From: Kofleriaceae bacterium
GTDB lineage: Bacteria; Myxococcota_A; Polyangia; Haliangiales; Haliangiaceae
Direction: 5' to 3'
DNA length: 64,000 bases
NCBI GenBank assembly: GCA_041389925.1
Contig: JAWKQX010000006.1
Location: 279,837-343,836 of the forward strand
This document shows positions 50,307 to 60,967 of the stretch, in pieces. Both the position numbers and the translations under genes were made by a program. The notes below the pieces were generated by a model, which was given only the letters and a program-made list of their open reading frames with translations, had not been told where the DNA came from and made no database searches. Positions within the stretch are counted from its first letter, which is position 1. Each line of letters opens with the position of its first letter.

Positions 50307-51587
50307 CTACCAGCCCGCGTACTGCATCAGCCAGAGCATCGCCAGCGACGCCGCCAGGCACGGCACCGTGACCTTGGCGCCGATGATGATGAAGCGGCGG
50401 ATCGACAGGCCGATGCCATGGCGCCGCAGCATCGAGATCCACATCAAGCCGGCGAGCGAGCCGATCGGCGCGAGGCGCGGGCCGAGGTCCCCGCCGATGA
50501 GCCCGGCCAGCACCAGGTGCATGTCGCCCCCGGCGCGCTCCGCGGCGAGGGTGCCGAGCATCGCCATCGGGTGGTTGTTGATCGTCGCGGCGCCCAGCGC
50601 CGACACCACCCCCACCGTCGGCAGCGCGGTGGCGCCGTCGTGGTAGAGCCTGGCGAGCACGTCGACCACGCCGGCCCTGGCGAGGCCGCTCGCGAGCAAG
50701 AGCACGGCCGCGAGCAGCGGGAGCAGGTCCCAGCTCACGTCGCGGCTGATCGAGCGCGCGGCCTCTCGGCGCCCCGCAGGCGCGGTCACGCCGAGCGCCG
50801 CGACCACGCCGACGCTGGCGCCTGCGGCCGCGACGGCCCAGAGCGGTCCGTCGAGGAACGAGATGATCGGGTAGGCCAGCATCACGCCGGCCATCGCGAT
50901 CAGCATGAGCAGCCCGCCGGTGCCGAGGCGCGCGCGGGCCTCCGGCCACGCGCCGATCGCGGGCGCCTCATCCTCCAGCTCGGCGGCGAACTCGCGGGCC
51001 AGGAAGTAGTACGCGATGAGCCAGCCCACGAGCGCGATCGGGATCATGCGCAGCGCGTAGGCGTTGAACGCGATGCCGGCGTGGCTCGCCACCACCACGT
51101 TCATCGGGTTCGAGGTCACCAGCGGCGCGACGCCGGCGGCGTAGAACACCGCGAAGGAGAACGCGAGGGTGAACTTGCCGTGGCGGCGCGGGTACACGGT
51201 GCGCAAGAGCGCGATGACGGTCGGCGTGAGCACCAGGATCGCCGCGTCGTTGGACAACAGCGACGCGGTGAGCGCCGAGAGCGCGAACACCACCGCGAAC
51301 GCGCGCCGCACCGGTCCGCGCGTGTACGGCTCGACGACCTCCGCGAACACCGAGAAGAGCCCCACGTGGCGGGCGCAGGCGGTCATCAACATGACGGAGG
51401 TGATGGTCACCAGCGGTCGCCACATCACCGACACCGTCGTGGTGACGTCCGCGGCGGTGATGAGCCCGCCGGCCGCGAGCACGGCGGCGCCGCACGCCGC
51501 GCCGACCACCGCGTGGAGGCGGTGGGTCCATCCCAGGGTGATCCCGAGCATGACCGCGAGCCCGGTCGCCGACAACGCGATGTTCAC
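50307..51587 (-). CDS. ArsB/NhaD-superfamily permease (arsenite/anion transporter-like)
   Basis: Alignable by eye to the ArsB N-terminus ('[17 protein letters not shown]' vs ArsB 'ANDGAALILTPIVIAML'). Start set at the GTG that matches the ArsB N-terminus; the upstream ORF extension overlaps the cyclophilin gene. Confidence 0.65.
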   Translation of the reverse strand: MNIALSATGLAVMLGITLGWTHRLHAVVGAACGAAVLAAGGLITAADVTTTVSVMWRPLVTITSVMLMTACARHVGLFSVFAEVVEPYTRGPVRRAFAVVFALSALTASLLSNDAAILVLTPTVIALLRTVYPRRHGKFTLAFSFAVFYAAGVAPLVTSNPMNVVVASHAGIAFNAYALRMIPIALVGWLIAYYFLAREFAAELEDEAPAIGAWPEARARLGTGGLLMLIAMAGVMLAYPIISFLDGPLWAVAAAGASVGVVAALGVTAPAGRREAARSISRDVSWDLLPLLAAVLLLASGLARAGVVDVLARLYHDGATALPTVGVVSALGAATINNHPMAMLGTLAAERAGGDMHLVLAGLIGGDLGPRLAPIGSLAGLMWISMLRRHGIGLSIRRFIIIGAKVTVPCLAASLAMLWLMQYAGW

Positions 51588-51798
51588 CGCGGCCAGGATA
51601 CGACGGATGCTCGGTCGACTGGCCGCGAAGGCGCCGCAAAGGGCCCCGCGGAGACGCGCGGCGCGCGTCGCAGGCGTCGGGCTGGTCGCGCCGTGCTCGG
51701 ACGACGCGGCGCGCCTCGCTGACACGCTCCACGGCCGCGGCGTTTCAGCGCGCGCCGATCCGACGCAAGGTGACGGGCTCTGTGGTAGGAATGCGGCC

Positions 51799-52317
51799 AT
51801 GGCCAATCCGACCGCGACCTTCGAGACCTCGCTGGGGACCTTCACCGCGGAGATCTTCCTCGAGCAGATGCCGACCACCGCGACCAACTTCATCAAGCTG
51901 GCGCAGTCTGGCTTCTACAACGGGCTGCACTTCCACCGCGTGATCCAGGGCTTCATGGTGCAGTTCGGCTGTGAGCACTCCAAGGATCCGAACAGCGGTC
52001 GCTGCGGCACGGGTGGCTCGCCGCTGGGGCGCATCCAGGACGAGCACCCGCCCGCGCACAAGATCTCCAACCAGCCGGGCACGCTGTCGATGGCGAACAC
52101 CGGTCAGCCCAACTCGGGCGGCGCGCAGTTCTTCATCAACACCGTCGACAACGCGCGCCTCGACTGGTTCACGCCGGGCCCGTCCAAGCACCCGGTGTTC
52201 GGCAAGGTGATCTCGGGGATGGACGTGGTGACCAAGATCGAGACCACGCCCACCGGCGGACAAGATCGCCCCAAGACGCCGGTGAAGATGATCCAGGTGA
52301 CCATCTCCGGCGTCTGA
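51799..52317 (+). CDS. ppiB: Peptidyl-prolyl cis-trans isomerase, cyclophilin type
   Basis: '[13 protein letters not shown]', '[17 protein letters not shown]' and 'HPVFGKV' are cyclophilin signatures. Confidence 0.9.
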   Translation: MANPTATFETSLGTFTAEIFLEQMPTTATNFIKLAQSGFYNGLHFHRVIQGFMVQFGCEHSKDPNSGRCGTGGSPLGRIQDEHPPAHKISNQPGTLSMANTGQPNSGGAQFFINTVDNARLDWFTPGPSKHPVFGKVISGMDVVTKIETTPTGGQDRPKTPVKMIQVTISGV

Positions 52318-52448
52318 ATCGGCGATAACTATACAAAAGTACTGCATTTTGTTCTCCTCGTCGGGTCCGCCGCGCCCCCCCCCGGGCGCGTGCGCCGCGC
52401 GCCGAGGTCGCCATTGACCTCGTGCCGCGCTTTGTCGGATCCTGAGCC

Positions 52449-53012
52449 GTGCCTTCGTTCCGCTCGCTCGGGTTGTCCCTCGCCGCGTCCCTGGTGATCG
52501 CCCTCGCCGCGTGTGACGGCGACGGCGCCCCCGACGACGCCCAGCTCGGCATGGGCAGCGGCGAGCCGGCGGAGCTGGCCGGCACGCTCATCGCGCACAA
52601 CCAGGTTCGCCAGCAGGTAGGGCTGCCGCCGCTAACCTGGGATCCGGCGCTCGCCGCGATCGCCAAGGCGTGGGCGGCCAAGTGCGTGGACGTGGAGGAC
52701 CCGATCGGCCTCATCGATCACAACGCTGGTCGCAGCAGCGGCCAGAGCGGCCCGGTCGGTGAGAATATCTACGGCGCGAGCTCGGGCGCGACGGGGCCGG
52801 CGGCGGTCAACTCGTGGGCGTCGGAGGCGGCGAACTACAACTACGCGTCGAACCAGTGCAGCGACGTCTGTGGACACTACACGCAGCTCGTCTGGCGCGA
52901 GACCGAGCGCGTCGGCTGCGCGCTTCAGGAGTGCCCGGCGCTGCGCTTCGGCAGCACCGTCGTGTGCGACTACTCACCGGCGGGCAACGTGAACAACCGC
53001 CGTCCGTACTGA
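52449..53012 (+). CDS. CAP/SCP/PR-1 domain lipoprotein
   Basis: Lipobox 'LAAC'. 'HNQVRQ', 'GHYTQLVWRETERVGCA' and 'VVCDYSPAGN' are CAP motifs. GTG 52449. Confidence 0.8.
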   Translation: MPSFRSLGLSLAASLVIALAACDGDGAPDDAQLGMGSGEPAELAGTLIAHNQVRQQVGLPPLTWDPALAAIAKAWAAKCVDVEDPIGLIDHNAGRSSGQSGPVGENIYGASSGATGPAAVNSWASEAANYNYASNQCSDVCGHYTQLVWRETERVGCALQECPALRFGSTVVCDYSPAGNVNNRRPY

Positions 53013-53039
53013 CGGGCCGCGGCCGCCGGCGCGTCGAGC

Positions 53040-53172
53040 ACCGTTGAATTTTCGACACGTGGCCAGAGCTGGCAGAGCGTAGCAGGTAGGGCCTGGAGTG
53101 TTGCCTGATGGGTCCTTCTCTGGCATGGTCCGCCCGATCCTCATCTCCTGTCGACGATGAGGCGGAGGACAG
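53040..53172 (+). promoter_or_regulatory. Lower-GC leader/promoter region upstream of the inositol-phosphate synthase gene, with GGAGG SD
   Basis: cgttgaattttcgacacgtggccagagctggcagagcgtagcaggtagggcc...ggcggaggacag ATG. Confidence 0.35.
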
Positions 53173-54492
53173 ATGGCTCTCAAAAAAGGTGTCGAAGTTC
53201 AGAACGCGACCGGCAAGCTCGGGATCCTGCTCCCCGGGCTCGGCGCCGTGGCAACCACCTTCATCGCCGGGGTGTTCGCCGCGCGTCGCGGGCTGCACAA
53301 GCCGATCGGCTCGCTCTGTGAGCTCGCGACGATCCGGCTCGGCAAGCGCACGGACAACAACTCGCCGCGGATCCGCGACTACGTGTCGCTGGCCACGCTC
53401 GACGACCTGTGCTTCGGCGGCTGGGACATCTTCCCGGAGAACTGCTTCGAGGCGGCCACCAAGGCCGGCGTCCTCGACGCCGCGCTCCTCGAGCAGCTCA
53501 AGCCCGAGCTGAGCGCGATCCGCCCGATGCCGGCGGTGTTCGAGCAGGCGTGGGTCAAGAAGCTCAACGGGCCCAACGTCAAGAAGGGCAAGAACAAGAT
53601 GGACCTGGCCGAGCAGCTCATCCAGGACATCGAGAACTTCAAGCGCGACAACAACTGCGCGCGCCTCTCCATGGTGTGGTGCGGCTCGACGGAGGTCTAC
53701 CGGCAGGCGACGGACGTCCACACCACGCTCGCCAAGTTCGAGGCCGGGCTGCGCAACAACGACGACAACATCGCGCCGTCGCAGATCTACGCCTACGCGG
53801 CGCTCAAGTGCGGCGTGCCGTTCACCAACGGCGCGCCCAACCTGACCGTCGACTTCCCGGCGATGCAGGAGCTGGCCAAGAACACCCAGACGCCGATCGC
53901 CGGCAAGGACTTCAAGACCGGCCAGACGCTGATGAAGACCGTGCTGGCGCCGATGCTCAAGGCCCGCATGCTCGGCCTCGAGGGCTGGTACTCGACGAAC
54001 ATCCTCGGCAACCGGGACGGCGAGGTGCTCGACGATCCGGAGTCCTTCAAGTCCAAGGAGGTCTCCAAGCTGGGCGTGCTGGAGCACATCCTGCAGCCGG
54101 ACAAGTATCCGGAGCTGTACAAGGACTTCTGCCACGTCGTGCGCATCAACTACTACCCGCCGCGCGGCGACAACAAAGAGGGCTGGGACAACATCGACAT
54201 CCGGGGCTGGCTCGGCTACCCGATGCAGATCAAGGTCAACTTCCTCTGCCGCGACTCGATCCTGGCCGCGCCGATCGTCCTCGATCTGGCGCTGTTCATG
54301 GACTTCGCCAAGCGCGCCGGCATGCACGGCATCCAGGAGTGGCTCTCCTTCTACCTCAAGAGCCCGATGACGCCCGAGGGCCTCTACCCCGAGCACGACC
54401 TGTTCATCCAGCTCATGAAGCTCAAGAACACGCTGCGCTACACCAAGGGTGACGAGCTCATCACCCACCTGGGCGCCGAGTACTACGACTAG
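53173..54492 (+). CDS. ino1: myo-Inositol-1-phosphate synthase (inositol-3-phosphate synthase)
   Basis: GGAGG SD 4 bp before ATG 53173. Family blocks 'GILLPGLGAVATTFIAG', 'NGAPNLT' and 'SKEVSKLGV'. 439 aa. Confidence 0.8.
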   Translation: MALKKGVEVQNATGKLGILLPGLGAVATTFIAGVFAARRGLHKPIGSLCELATIRLGKRTDNNSPRIRDYVSLATLDDLCFGGWDIFPENCFEAATKAGVLDAALLEQLKPELSAIRPMPAVFEQAWVKKLNGPNVKKGKNKMDLAEQLIQDIENFKRDNNCARLSMVWCGSTEVYRQATDVHTTLAKFEAGLRNNDDNIAPSQIYAYAALKCGVPFTNGAPNLTVDFPAMQELAKNTQTPIAGKDFKTGQTLMKTVLAPMLKARMLGLEGWYSTNILGNRDGEVLDDPESFKSKEVSKLGVLEHILQPDKYPELYKDFCHVVRINYYPPRGDNKEGWDNIDIRGWLGYPMQIKVNFLCRDSILAAPIVLDLALFMDFAKRAGMHGIQEWLSFYLKSPMTPEGLYPEHDLFIQLMKLKNTLRYTKGDELITHLGAEYYD

Positions 54493-55961
54493 CCGCTCGC
54501 GGGCGTCGCGCCGCGTCTGCGCGGCATCGTTGCGGCCATGCGTCGCACCGCCTCGTCGAGCTCTTGCTCGGTGCAGGCGGCAAAGCCCAGGCGCACGTGG
54601 TGCGTCGCCCCGCCGTCGAGCGCGAACCGCGGGCCCGGCTGGAAGCTCACGCCCACCGCGCGCGCGCGCGTGGCCCAGGTGACGGCATCGACGCCGGGCG
54701 CCCGACCCCACACCGCCATCCCGCCGGGCGGCGTGGTGAAGCGCAGCTCGGGGAGCTGGCGGCGCAGCGCCTCGATCAGCGCGTCGCGCCGCTGCCGGTA
54801 GGCGCGCCGCGCACGTCGGATGTGCCGGGCGATGGTGCCGTCGGTGATCAGGTTCGCGATCGCGCGCTCCAGGACGTGATCCCCTTGCTGGTCGACGGCC
54901 TCGCGATAGGCGACCACGCGCTCCACCACGTCGCGCGTCGCGGACAGGTAGCCGATGCGCAGCCCCGGCGCGAGGACCTTGGCCAGGGTGCCGACGTACA
55001 CGACGTTGCCATGGGGATCGGCGGCGGTGAGCGGCAACACCGGGCGCCCGTCGTACTGGAACTCGTGATCGTGATCGTCCTCGATGATCGGCAGGCGTCG
55101 GCGCCGCGCCAGCTCGAGCAGGCGGAGCCGTCGCGCCGCGCTGAGCGTCACCGTGGTCGGCACCTGGTGGTGCGGGATCACGTAGATCGCGCGCACGTCC
55201 TCTTGTGCGCACAGCTCCTCCAGCGCCGCGACGTCGAGGCCCTCGCGATCGAGCGCGACGGGGACGGGCTCGACGCCGGCGGCGCGAAACGCCGCCAGCG
55301 CGGCGGGGTAGCTGAGCGCCTCGACGGCGACGCGGTCGCCGGGGCGCAGCAGCACACGCGCCAGCAAGTAGAGCGCCTGCTGGCCGCCGCGGACCACCGC
55401 GACGGTCTCCTCGGTGCACGCCAGTCCGCGCGTGCCGCGCAGCATGTCGGCGAGCGCGACGCGGAGCTGCGCGTCGCCCTGGCCGTCGCGGTAGTCGAGG
55501 AGCCGCGCGCCGTCGCGGCCGGCGAGCACGCTGCGGTAGGCGCGGCCCACGGCGAGCTGCGGGACGAAGCGCAGCTCGGGCACCCCGCCGAGCAGGAGGA
55601 GCTGCCTGGGCGGCCGCCCCAGCGGCGGCGCGTGGGCGAGCGCCACGCCGCGCAGCTCGAAGCCGGCGCGCGTCGCGGGGTGCCGCTCCCGCGCGCGCCG
55701 CGGGGAGGCGGGCACGTCGGCGACGACGCGCGCGGTCCGCCCGGCGGACAGCGCGATCCAGCCCTGGCTGGCGAGCTCGCGATAGGCGGCGGTCACGGTC
55801 TTGCGGTGCACGCCGAGCTGCGCGGCGAGGTCCCGCGTCGATGGCAGCGGGTCGCCGGCGTGGAGGCGACCGCGCGCCACGTCCGCGGAGAGCGTCTCCG
55901 CGAGCTGCAGAAACTTGGGCCGGGAGTCCGCGGGATCGAGCGCGAGCACCGGCTTCCACAT
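54489..55961 (-). CDS. MocR/GntR-family regulator (N-terminal GntR HTH fused to class I aminotransferase-like domain)
   Basis: HTH 'LPSTRDLAAQLGVHRKTVTAAYREL'. PLP-fold body with 'GTLAKVLAPGLRIGY' (Lys). Confidence 0.8.
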   Translation of the reverse strand: MWKPVLALDPADSRPKFLQLAETLSADVARGRLHAGDPLPSTRDLAAQLGVHRKTVTAAYRELASQGWIALSAGRTARVVADVPASPRRARERHPATRAGFELRGVALAHAPPLGRPPRQLLLLGGVPELRFVPQLAVGRAYRSVLAGRDGARLLDYRDGQGDAQLRVALADMLRGTRGLACTEETVAVVRGGQQALYLLARVLLRPGDRVAVEALSYPAALAAFRAAGVEPVPVALDREGLDVAALEELCAQEDVRAIYVIPHHQVPTTVTLSAARRLRLLELARRRRLPIIEDDHDHEFQYDGRPVLPLTAADPHGNVVYVGTLAKVLAPGLRIGYLSATRDVVERVVAYREAVDQQGDHVLERAIANLITDGTIARHIRRARRAYRQRRDALIEALRRQLPELRFTTPPGGMAVWGRAPGVDAVTWATRARAVGVSFQPGPRFALDGGATHHVRLGFAACTEQELDEAVRRMAATMPRRRGATPASG

Positions 55962-56202
55962 GCGCCCCAGGGTAGCGCAACTGGACTACTCAATATTTCG
56001 AAACTGGCGCGGGGTGTGGGGTCCAGTTATCAGCCCGCGCTCGCCGTTGGATAGGTATGCGCTGTCACAAGACTTCCGTGCGCGCCGCGCGGATAGGGGA
56101 GCGCGGGTTTCGACGCGTTGCGACGTGGGGTGAGGCTGGCGGTTCCCGCCATGTAAGATGAGGTAGGGGTGGCGAGCGCTCGCGCCTCGCTAGGTTGTCG
56201 CC

Positions 56203-57813
56203 ATGACGACCAAGATGTTCAAGAGATTGCCATGGCTTGGGCTCACGGGGTTGCTGGTGGGGCTGCAGGGGTGCGCAGCGCTCGATGAACCCGCGGAGCC
56301 CGGCGTCGCGGCGGCGACCCCCACGGAGACCACGACCTCCGAGCTAGGCACGCCGCAGGCCATCCAGCTCGGCGCCAACCTCGCGGTGCTGGGCACCACG
56401 GAGGACGGCTACGCCCTCTACTGGGACGCGGGCGTGGTGTACGCCACCGCGCTGCAGCCCGGCGCGGCGCGCACGCGGGTCACCCGGGCGGCCGCTCCAC
56501 CGCTGACCATGACCTCCGGCCGGGTCGCGCTGGTCTGGCCCGACCAGGCGTTCTTCGGTCCGCTCGCTCCGAGCTCGCTCGTGGTGTGGACCGCCGCGGG
56601 CGGCGCGCACCGCGCGGCGGACTCCTCGATGCCGCCGGCGCTGTCCGCCATCGCCGCCTCCACCGCGGTCAGCCCGGACGGCCGTGAGGTCATCTTCACC
56701 GCCAACGTCGCGGCCGACGGCAGCACCGGCGACATCGTGCGCGCCAACGCCGACCTCTCGCGCGCCACCATCCTCGTCCGCGGGGCGCTGGTCAGCCCGT
56801 TCAGCGGGTGCCCGCCGCACGTCGGCTTCGACGCCGATCGCGCGTGCCACGGGCCGCGCTGGTACTGGCACGCCGACGAGACCGACGCCACGCTCCGCAG
56901 CCGCCGCGCCAACGCCGTGGTCGCCTCGTGCGACGCCTCCGGCGCGCCGTCGCTGGCGCGCTGGGTGGGCGGCGCGCGCTCGGAGCTCACCACGAACCTG
57001 GGCTCGACGGTGTGGTCCACCGACCGCTTCGGCGCGCACCTGCTCACCACCGCCGGCGACGGCTCCACCGTCGCGTACACGCGCGACGGCGCCAGCCTGG
57101 TGGTGAACCCCGACCCGAGCCTGGCGTGGATCACCCCGGGCGGCGCCGCCTTCACCCTCTCGCGGCGCGATCCCACCACCGTCACGCTGCAGCGGACCAC
57201 CTTCGGCGCCGCCGTGCGCACCGAGCGCGTGATGGACGTCGGCGAGACCCTGGGCGTCATGTTCGCGAACCACCTGGCGCAGGGCGCGCCGCACTACAAC
57301 ATCACGCCCAACCCGATGTCGCCGGATCAGCAGTTCTTCGGCGGCTTCAACACGGTGGACCCGAACACCGGCCTGACCAACGCGATCCTCGTCGACGCGG
57401 GGCGCCGCCGGCTGCGGGCGGCGTCGGCCAACGCCAACGCGCTGCCCTCCGTCGAGATCGCCACGCGGGACTCGAGCCACATGCTGCACTACCAGCTCGA
57501 GCCCGACGGCACGTTCGCGATGTACGCGACCGCGCGGACCGGCGGCACGCGGCGGCTCTCCCAGGGCGCGACCGGCCTCGAGCACTACGGGATCGCCGGC
57601 GGCGTGGTGGCGTTCTCGGACAACTTCCAGGGCAACCCGGCGGACCTCCTCTCGACGACGGACATCAAGCTCGTCGATCTGGCCGCCGGCACCGCGCCGC
57701 GCGTGCTGACGCGCGCCGCCCACGCGACGTTCTTCACCGCGCGCCGCCGGAGCGTCGTGGTGTACTCCACCGAGCAAGGCCGCCCGGGCCTGTACGTCAC
57801 GCGCGTGCGCTGA
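56203..57813 (+). CDS. Hypothetical lipoprotein (about 536 aa, beta-rich)
   Basis: Signal peptide with lipobox 'LVGLQGC'. Coding-like composition. Confidence 0.6.
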   Translation: MTTKMFKRLPWLGLTGLLVGLQGCAALDEPAEPGVAAATPTETTTSELGTPQAIQLGANLAVLGTTEDGYALYWDAGVVYATALQPGAARTRVTRAAAPPLTMTSGRVALVWPDQAFFGPLAPSSLVVWTAAGGAHRAADSSMPPALSAIAASTAVSPDGREVIFTANVAADGSTGDIVRANADLSRATILVRGALVSPFSGCPPHVGFDADRACHGPRWYWHADETDATLRSRRANAVVASCDASGAPSLARWVGGARSELTTNLGSTVWSTDRFGAHLLTTAGDGSTVAYTRDGASLVVNPDPSLAWITPGGAAFTLSRRDPTTVTLQRTTFGAAVRTERVMDVGETLGVMFANHLAQGAPHYNITPNPMSPDQQFFGGFNTVDPNTGLTNAILVDAGRRRLRAASANANALPSVEIATRDSSHMLHYQLEPDGTFAMYATARTGGTRRLSQGATGLEHYGIAGGVVAFSDNFQGNPADLLSTTDIKLVDLAAGTAPRVLTRAAHATFFTARRRSVVVYSTEQGRPGLYVTRVR

Positions 57814-58189
57814 GCCAGGCCGCGCGCGGGCGCGAGGCTCGCCGGGCGTTGCTCCGCGGCGCGCCCGTGCGCTCGCGTGGTGGCTGCCCGCGGCCCCGTG
57901 GAGCTGGAACGGGCGGCCTCAGCCAGGCGCGTCCAGCGGGTGACCGAAAAAACGTGCGCACACCGTCGCGAAAGCCCGCCAGGCTGGCGTCGGTGAAGGC
58001 GTCGAGGCAGGCGCGCGCGAGGTCCGCGACGATCGCGTAGCCTCGCCGCGTGAAATCGAGGAGCCGGGGCATGCGCGCAGCGTAGCGCGCCGCTCCGCGA
58101 GGTGGGCGATCTCGAGCGGCTCGGCGCTCGCGGCTTGGGGGCCGGAGCAGGCGCGGATTCGGCAAGGCCTGCGGTCGCGCTCGTGGGCG

Positions 58190-59980
58190 CTACCCAGCGC
58201 GGAGCGCGGGCTCGAGCCGCGCGCGCGCCTCGGCGTAGACCTCGCGCACGAAGAAGGTGAAGTCGGCGTTGCCGCTCATCGTAGGATGCAGGCCGCGAAA
58301 GGCGAGGATCGCCTCGGCGACGTCGGTGGTGTCGATCAGGCGCACGATCGAGGCGACCAGCGCGCGCGCGCCGGCGGCGAGCGGCCGGGCGCGGCGCTCG
58401 AGGCGGCGGCCGAGGCGGCGAAAGGTGAGCGCGAGCAGCACGTGCTCTTTCTCGAAGGTGAACAGCCGCGGCGGCCAGCCGTTGTCGTGCTCGAGGAAGC
58501 TCTCGAGGGCGTCCGCGTCGACGAGCGCGAGCGCGAGATCCGCGCGATGGCGCAGGCGCGCGAGGCGGTTGTCGCTTGGCAGCCGCGCCAGCGCGCCGCG
58601 CACGCGCTGGATCGCCGGGAGCGCAGCGGCGCCGCCCGAGGCGCCGAGGGCGAGGCAGGCAAGCCCCGCCTCCGCGAGGTCGACGCTGTAGCGCTCGGTC
58701 TCGGGGTTGATGATCCGCTCGGGCAGCGGCCCGGGCTCGCGAGCGAACGGCAGCACGGCCTCGGCGATGGCGGGGTGCTCGAAGAGGGCGAGGAGCCGCA
58801 ACAAGGACCCCGGCGACGGCGTCGCGTCCGACCGCGGCAGGCCATACGCCGGGCGCCGCGCCAGGGGCAGCGCGGCGACGAGCTGGTCGACGAGGTCGTC
58901 GCGATCGGCCGCGGCGAGCGTCCACGCCGTGTAGCGGAGCTGCACCTCGGCGGGCCGCTCCAGCGTCGCGACCGCGACCCGGCCGGTCGCGAGCGCTTCG
59001 GCGTCGGTCGGGCTGTTCAAGCGCCGCGCGGGGTCGGCGGGGTCGGCTGGGTCGGTCGGGCGCAGCGCGCCGTCGGCGCCGGCGGTGAACCGCGTCAGCG
59101 CCTCCGCCGGGACGCCTCGTCCGAGCCGCGCCAGGGCGGCGAGCGCGGGGAGCGAGCTCTGGTCGCCGAGCCGCGCCAGCGCGGCCAGCGCGTCGAGGTA
59201 GGAGCCGTCGACGTGCTCGATCAGCGCGCGCGCCGCCGCCTCGCGCACCTCGCGCGGCAGGTCGGCGCGCGTCAGCGGTCGCAAGACCTCGCGGGCGTCG
59301 GCCGCGGCGAGCGGGACGCGCCGCGCCAGCTCGACGTGGCGCGGCTGCGCGGCCGCGCCGTCGGCGCGCAGCCTGCGGAGCAACAGCGGCGTCGCCAGCG
59401 CGCAGCCCAGCGGCGCGAGCGCGTCGAGCAGCGCCACGGCGACCTCGTCGTCCACGTTGTCCACTATCGGCGCGAGCCAGCACTCCGCGTCGCGCCCGAG
59501 CTGGGCTACCAGCGAGTGCACCGCGGCGGCGCGCACCGCGGGCGCCAGGTCGCCGAGGTGAGCGGCCACGGCGCGCGCCTCCGCTTCGGCGAGGTCGCGC
59601 GGCGCGCGCGAGACGGCGCGCAGCTGGCCGAGCGCGGCGATCGCCGCGAGCCGCACGGTCAGCTCCGGATCGTCGACGGCGCCGCGCAGCTCCGTTGCGC
59701 CGCGGACCGCGAGCTCGGCGAGGGGCCGCGCGGGCGGCCAGTCGTCGACGAGGTGCAGCGTCGCCAGCTCGCCGAGCGCCGCGCACCCCAGCGCGCGCAC
59801 GCTCGGCGCGGCGTCGCGCACCAGCGCCAGGACCGCCGCGCCGTGCGCGAGCACCTCGGGGGCGAGCGCATCGGCGACTTCGACCTCGAGGTCGAACGTG
59901 GCGAGCGCGAGCACCTGGCGGGCGGCTTCCTCGCGGAGCGCGACCTGGGGAGCTGACAACCGCTCGGCGAGGGAGGACAT
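58190..59980 (-). CDS. HEAT/PBS-lyase-type repeat protein
   Basis: Repeated 'A..AL..LG....ALP.L...L.D.....VR..A..AL' units throughout. ATG 59980. Confidence 0.65.
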   Translation of the reverse strand: MSSLAERLSAPQVALREEAARQVLALATFDLEVEVADALAPEVLAHGAAVLALVRDAAPSVRALGCAALGELATLHLVDDWPPARPLAELAVRGATELRGAVDDPELTVRLAAIAALGQLRAVSRAPRDLAEAEARAVAAHLGDLAPAVRAAAVHSLVAQLGRDAECWLAPIVDNVDDEVAVALLDALAPLGCALATPLLLRRLRADGAAAQPRHVELARRVPLAAADAREVLRPLTRADLPREVREAAARALIEHVDGSYLDALAALARLGDQSSLPALAALARLGRGVPAEALTRFTAGADGALRPTDPADPADPARRLNSPTDAEALATGRVAVATLERPAEVQLRYTAWTLAAADRDDLVDQLVAALPLARRPAYGLPRSDATPSPGSLLRLLALFEHPAIAEAVLPFAREPGPLPERIINPETERYSVDLAEAGLACLALGASGGAAALPAIQRVRGALARLPSDNRLARLRHRADLALALVDADALESFLEHDNGWPPRLFTFEKEHVLLALTFRRLGRRLERRARPLAAGARALVASIVRLIDTTDVAEAILAFRGLHPTMSGNADFTFFVREVYAEARARLEPALRAG

Positions 59981-60197
59981 GGTGCCGAGAGTGTAGCGCC
60001 TGCGAGGGCGCCGCCGTGGCCTCGCCCGCGGCCCTGCGCGCCCGCGCGCCCGCGCGGCCCGCCTCGCCGCGTCGCGCTTGTGCTCCTTCGCTCAAGCTGG
60101 GACACTGCGCAGCGTGTCCAGCGGCTGGTCGATCGTCGTCGATGCGCACGGCCAGCTCGCGGCGCTGCCGCCGCGGCCGACCTTCGCCGCGCACAGC

Positions 60198-60866
60198 ATG
60201 GATACCCACTGGTACGTCGTCGATCGCGACGGCCAGGTGGCGCGCGCGTGGTCGGACCTGGAGGGCGCGGTGCCGTGGACGGCGTACGTCGAGGCCGGAG
60301 GCCCGCTGGTCGCCGACCTGCTCGCCCTACGCGTCGCGCGTGAGCGCGAAGAGGCGCCACCGAGCTCGCGCGAGCTCGCCTGCGCGCGGCGACGCAGCCT
60401 CGTGCACGTCCAGCCGTGGGAGCTGCCCTGGCAGTGGACCGGCGTCCTGCAGTTCGCCAGCGACGACTACCTCGCGGCGTTCCGCGACGAGTTCTACCCG
60501 CGCGCCGACGACTACTTCTGGCGGATCCCCTTCGGCGGCGCGCTGGCCGCGGCGCTGCCGCGCACCGTCGTGGCCCGGGAGATCCCCCGCGCCGGCTTCA
60601 CCGACTACTGGGATGCCGGCGCGATCGAGGCCGCGCTCTGGATCGATCACTGCAGCCCCGCCGACGTGGGGCTCTATGAGTACGGCTGCGAGTTCTCCGG
60701 CCCCTACCGCCGGCGCGTCGTCCCTGGCGTGCCGCTGCTCCTGCACGAGCTCCCCGCCGAGGTGCAGCGGCTGCTCGGCGGCGCGCGCGTGCGGTTCGCG
60801 TTTCACGACCAGCCCGCGTTCGATCCCGAGGAGCAGCTCGGCGATTGCCGGCGCTACGGACGATGA
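60198..60866 (+). CDS. Hypothetical protein (Trp-rich). A TTG start at 60078 is possible.
   Basis: 'WELPWQWTGVLQFASDDYLAAFRDEFYPRADDYFWRIPFGG'. Ends with a TGA overlapped by the ATG of a 34-codon ORF. Confidence 0.5.
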   Translation: MDTHWYVVDRDGQVARAWSDLEGAVPWTAYVEAGGPLVADLLALRVAREREEAPPSSRELACARRRSLVHVQPWELPWQWTGVLQFASDDYLAAFRDEFYPRADDYFWRIPFGGALAAALPRTVVAREIPRAGFTDYWDAGAIEAALWIDHCSPADVGLYEYGCEFSGPYRRRVVPGVPLLLHELPAEVQRLLGGARVRFAFHDQPAFDPEEQLGDCRRYGR

Positions 60867-60967
60867 CCGCGGTGCCCGAGCAGCTCGCGTCGCGGCCCAT
60901 CGCGCAGCTCGCCGCAAGGGAGTCGGAGGGGAGCGCTCTGGCAGCCGAGCTGGGGGCGGCCTCATGA
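60863..60967 (+). CDS. 34-codon ORF (MTAVPEQLASRPIAQLAAREGSEGSALAAELGAAS) with ATGA overlaps to both the upstream gene and the downstream radical SAM gene. Putative small coupling or precursor peptide.
   Basis: GC3 about 88%, in-genome style. ATG 60863 overlaps TGA 60864-60866. Its TGA 60965-60967 overlaps ATG 60964 of the rSAM gene. Not in the ORF track because it is shorter than 60 aa. Confidence 0.3.
   Translation: MTAVPEQLASRPIAQLAARESEGSALAAELGAAS

Noticed and set aside
57797-58165. Small minus-strand ORF (MPRLLDFTRRGYAIVADLARACLDAF...) between the lipoprotein and HEAT-repeat genes
   Set aside because: It could be a genuine about 50-aa protein, but there is no motif, RBS or conservation evidence visible, so it is left unannotated.
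57585-60209. 874-aa minus-strand ORF and 556-aa plus-strand ORF (58286..59956) overlapping the HEAT-repeat gene
   Set aside because: Arg/Pro/Ala-rich, no motifs. The HEAT-repeat frame (58190..59980, minus) has balanced composition and periodic repeat structure. The others are shadow ORFs.
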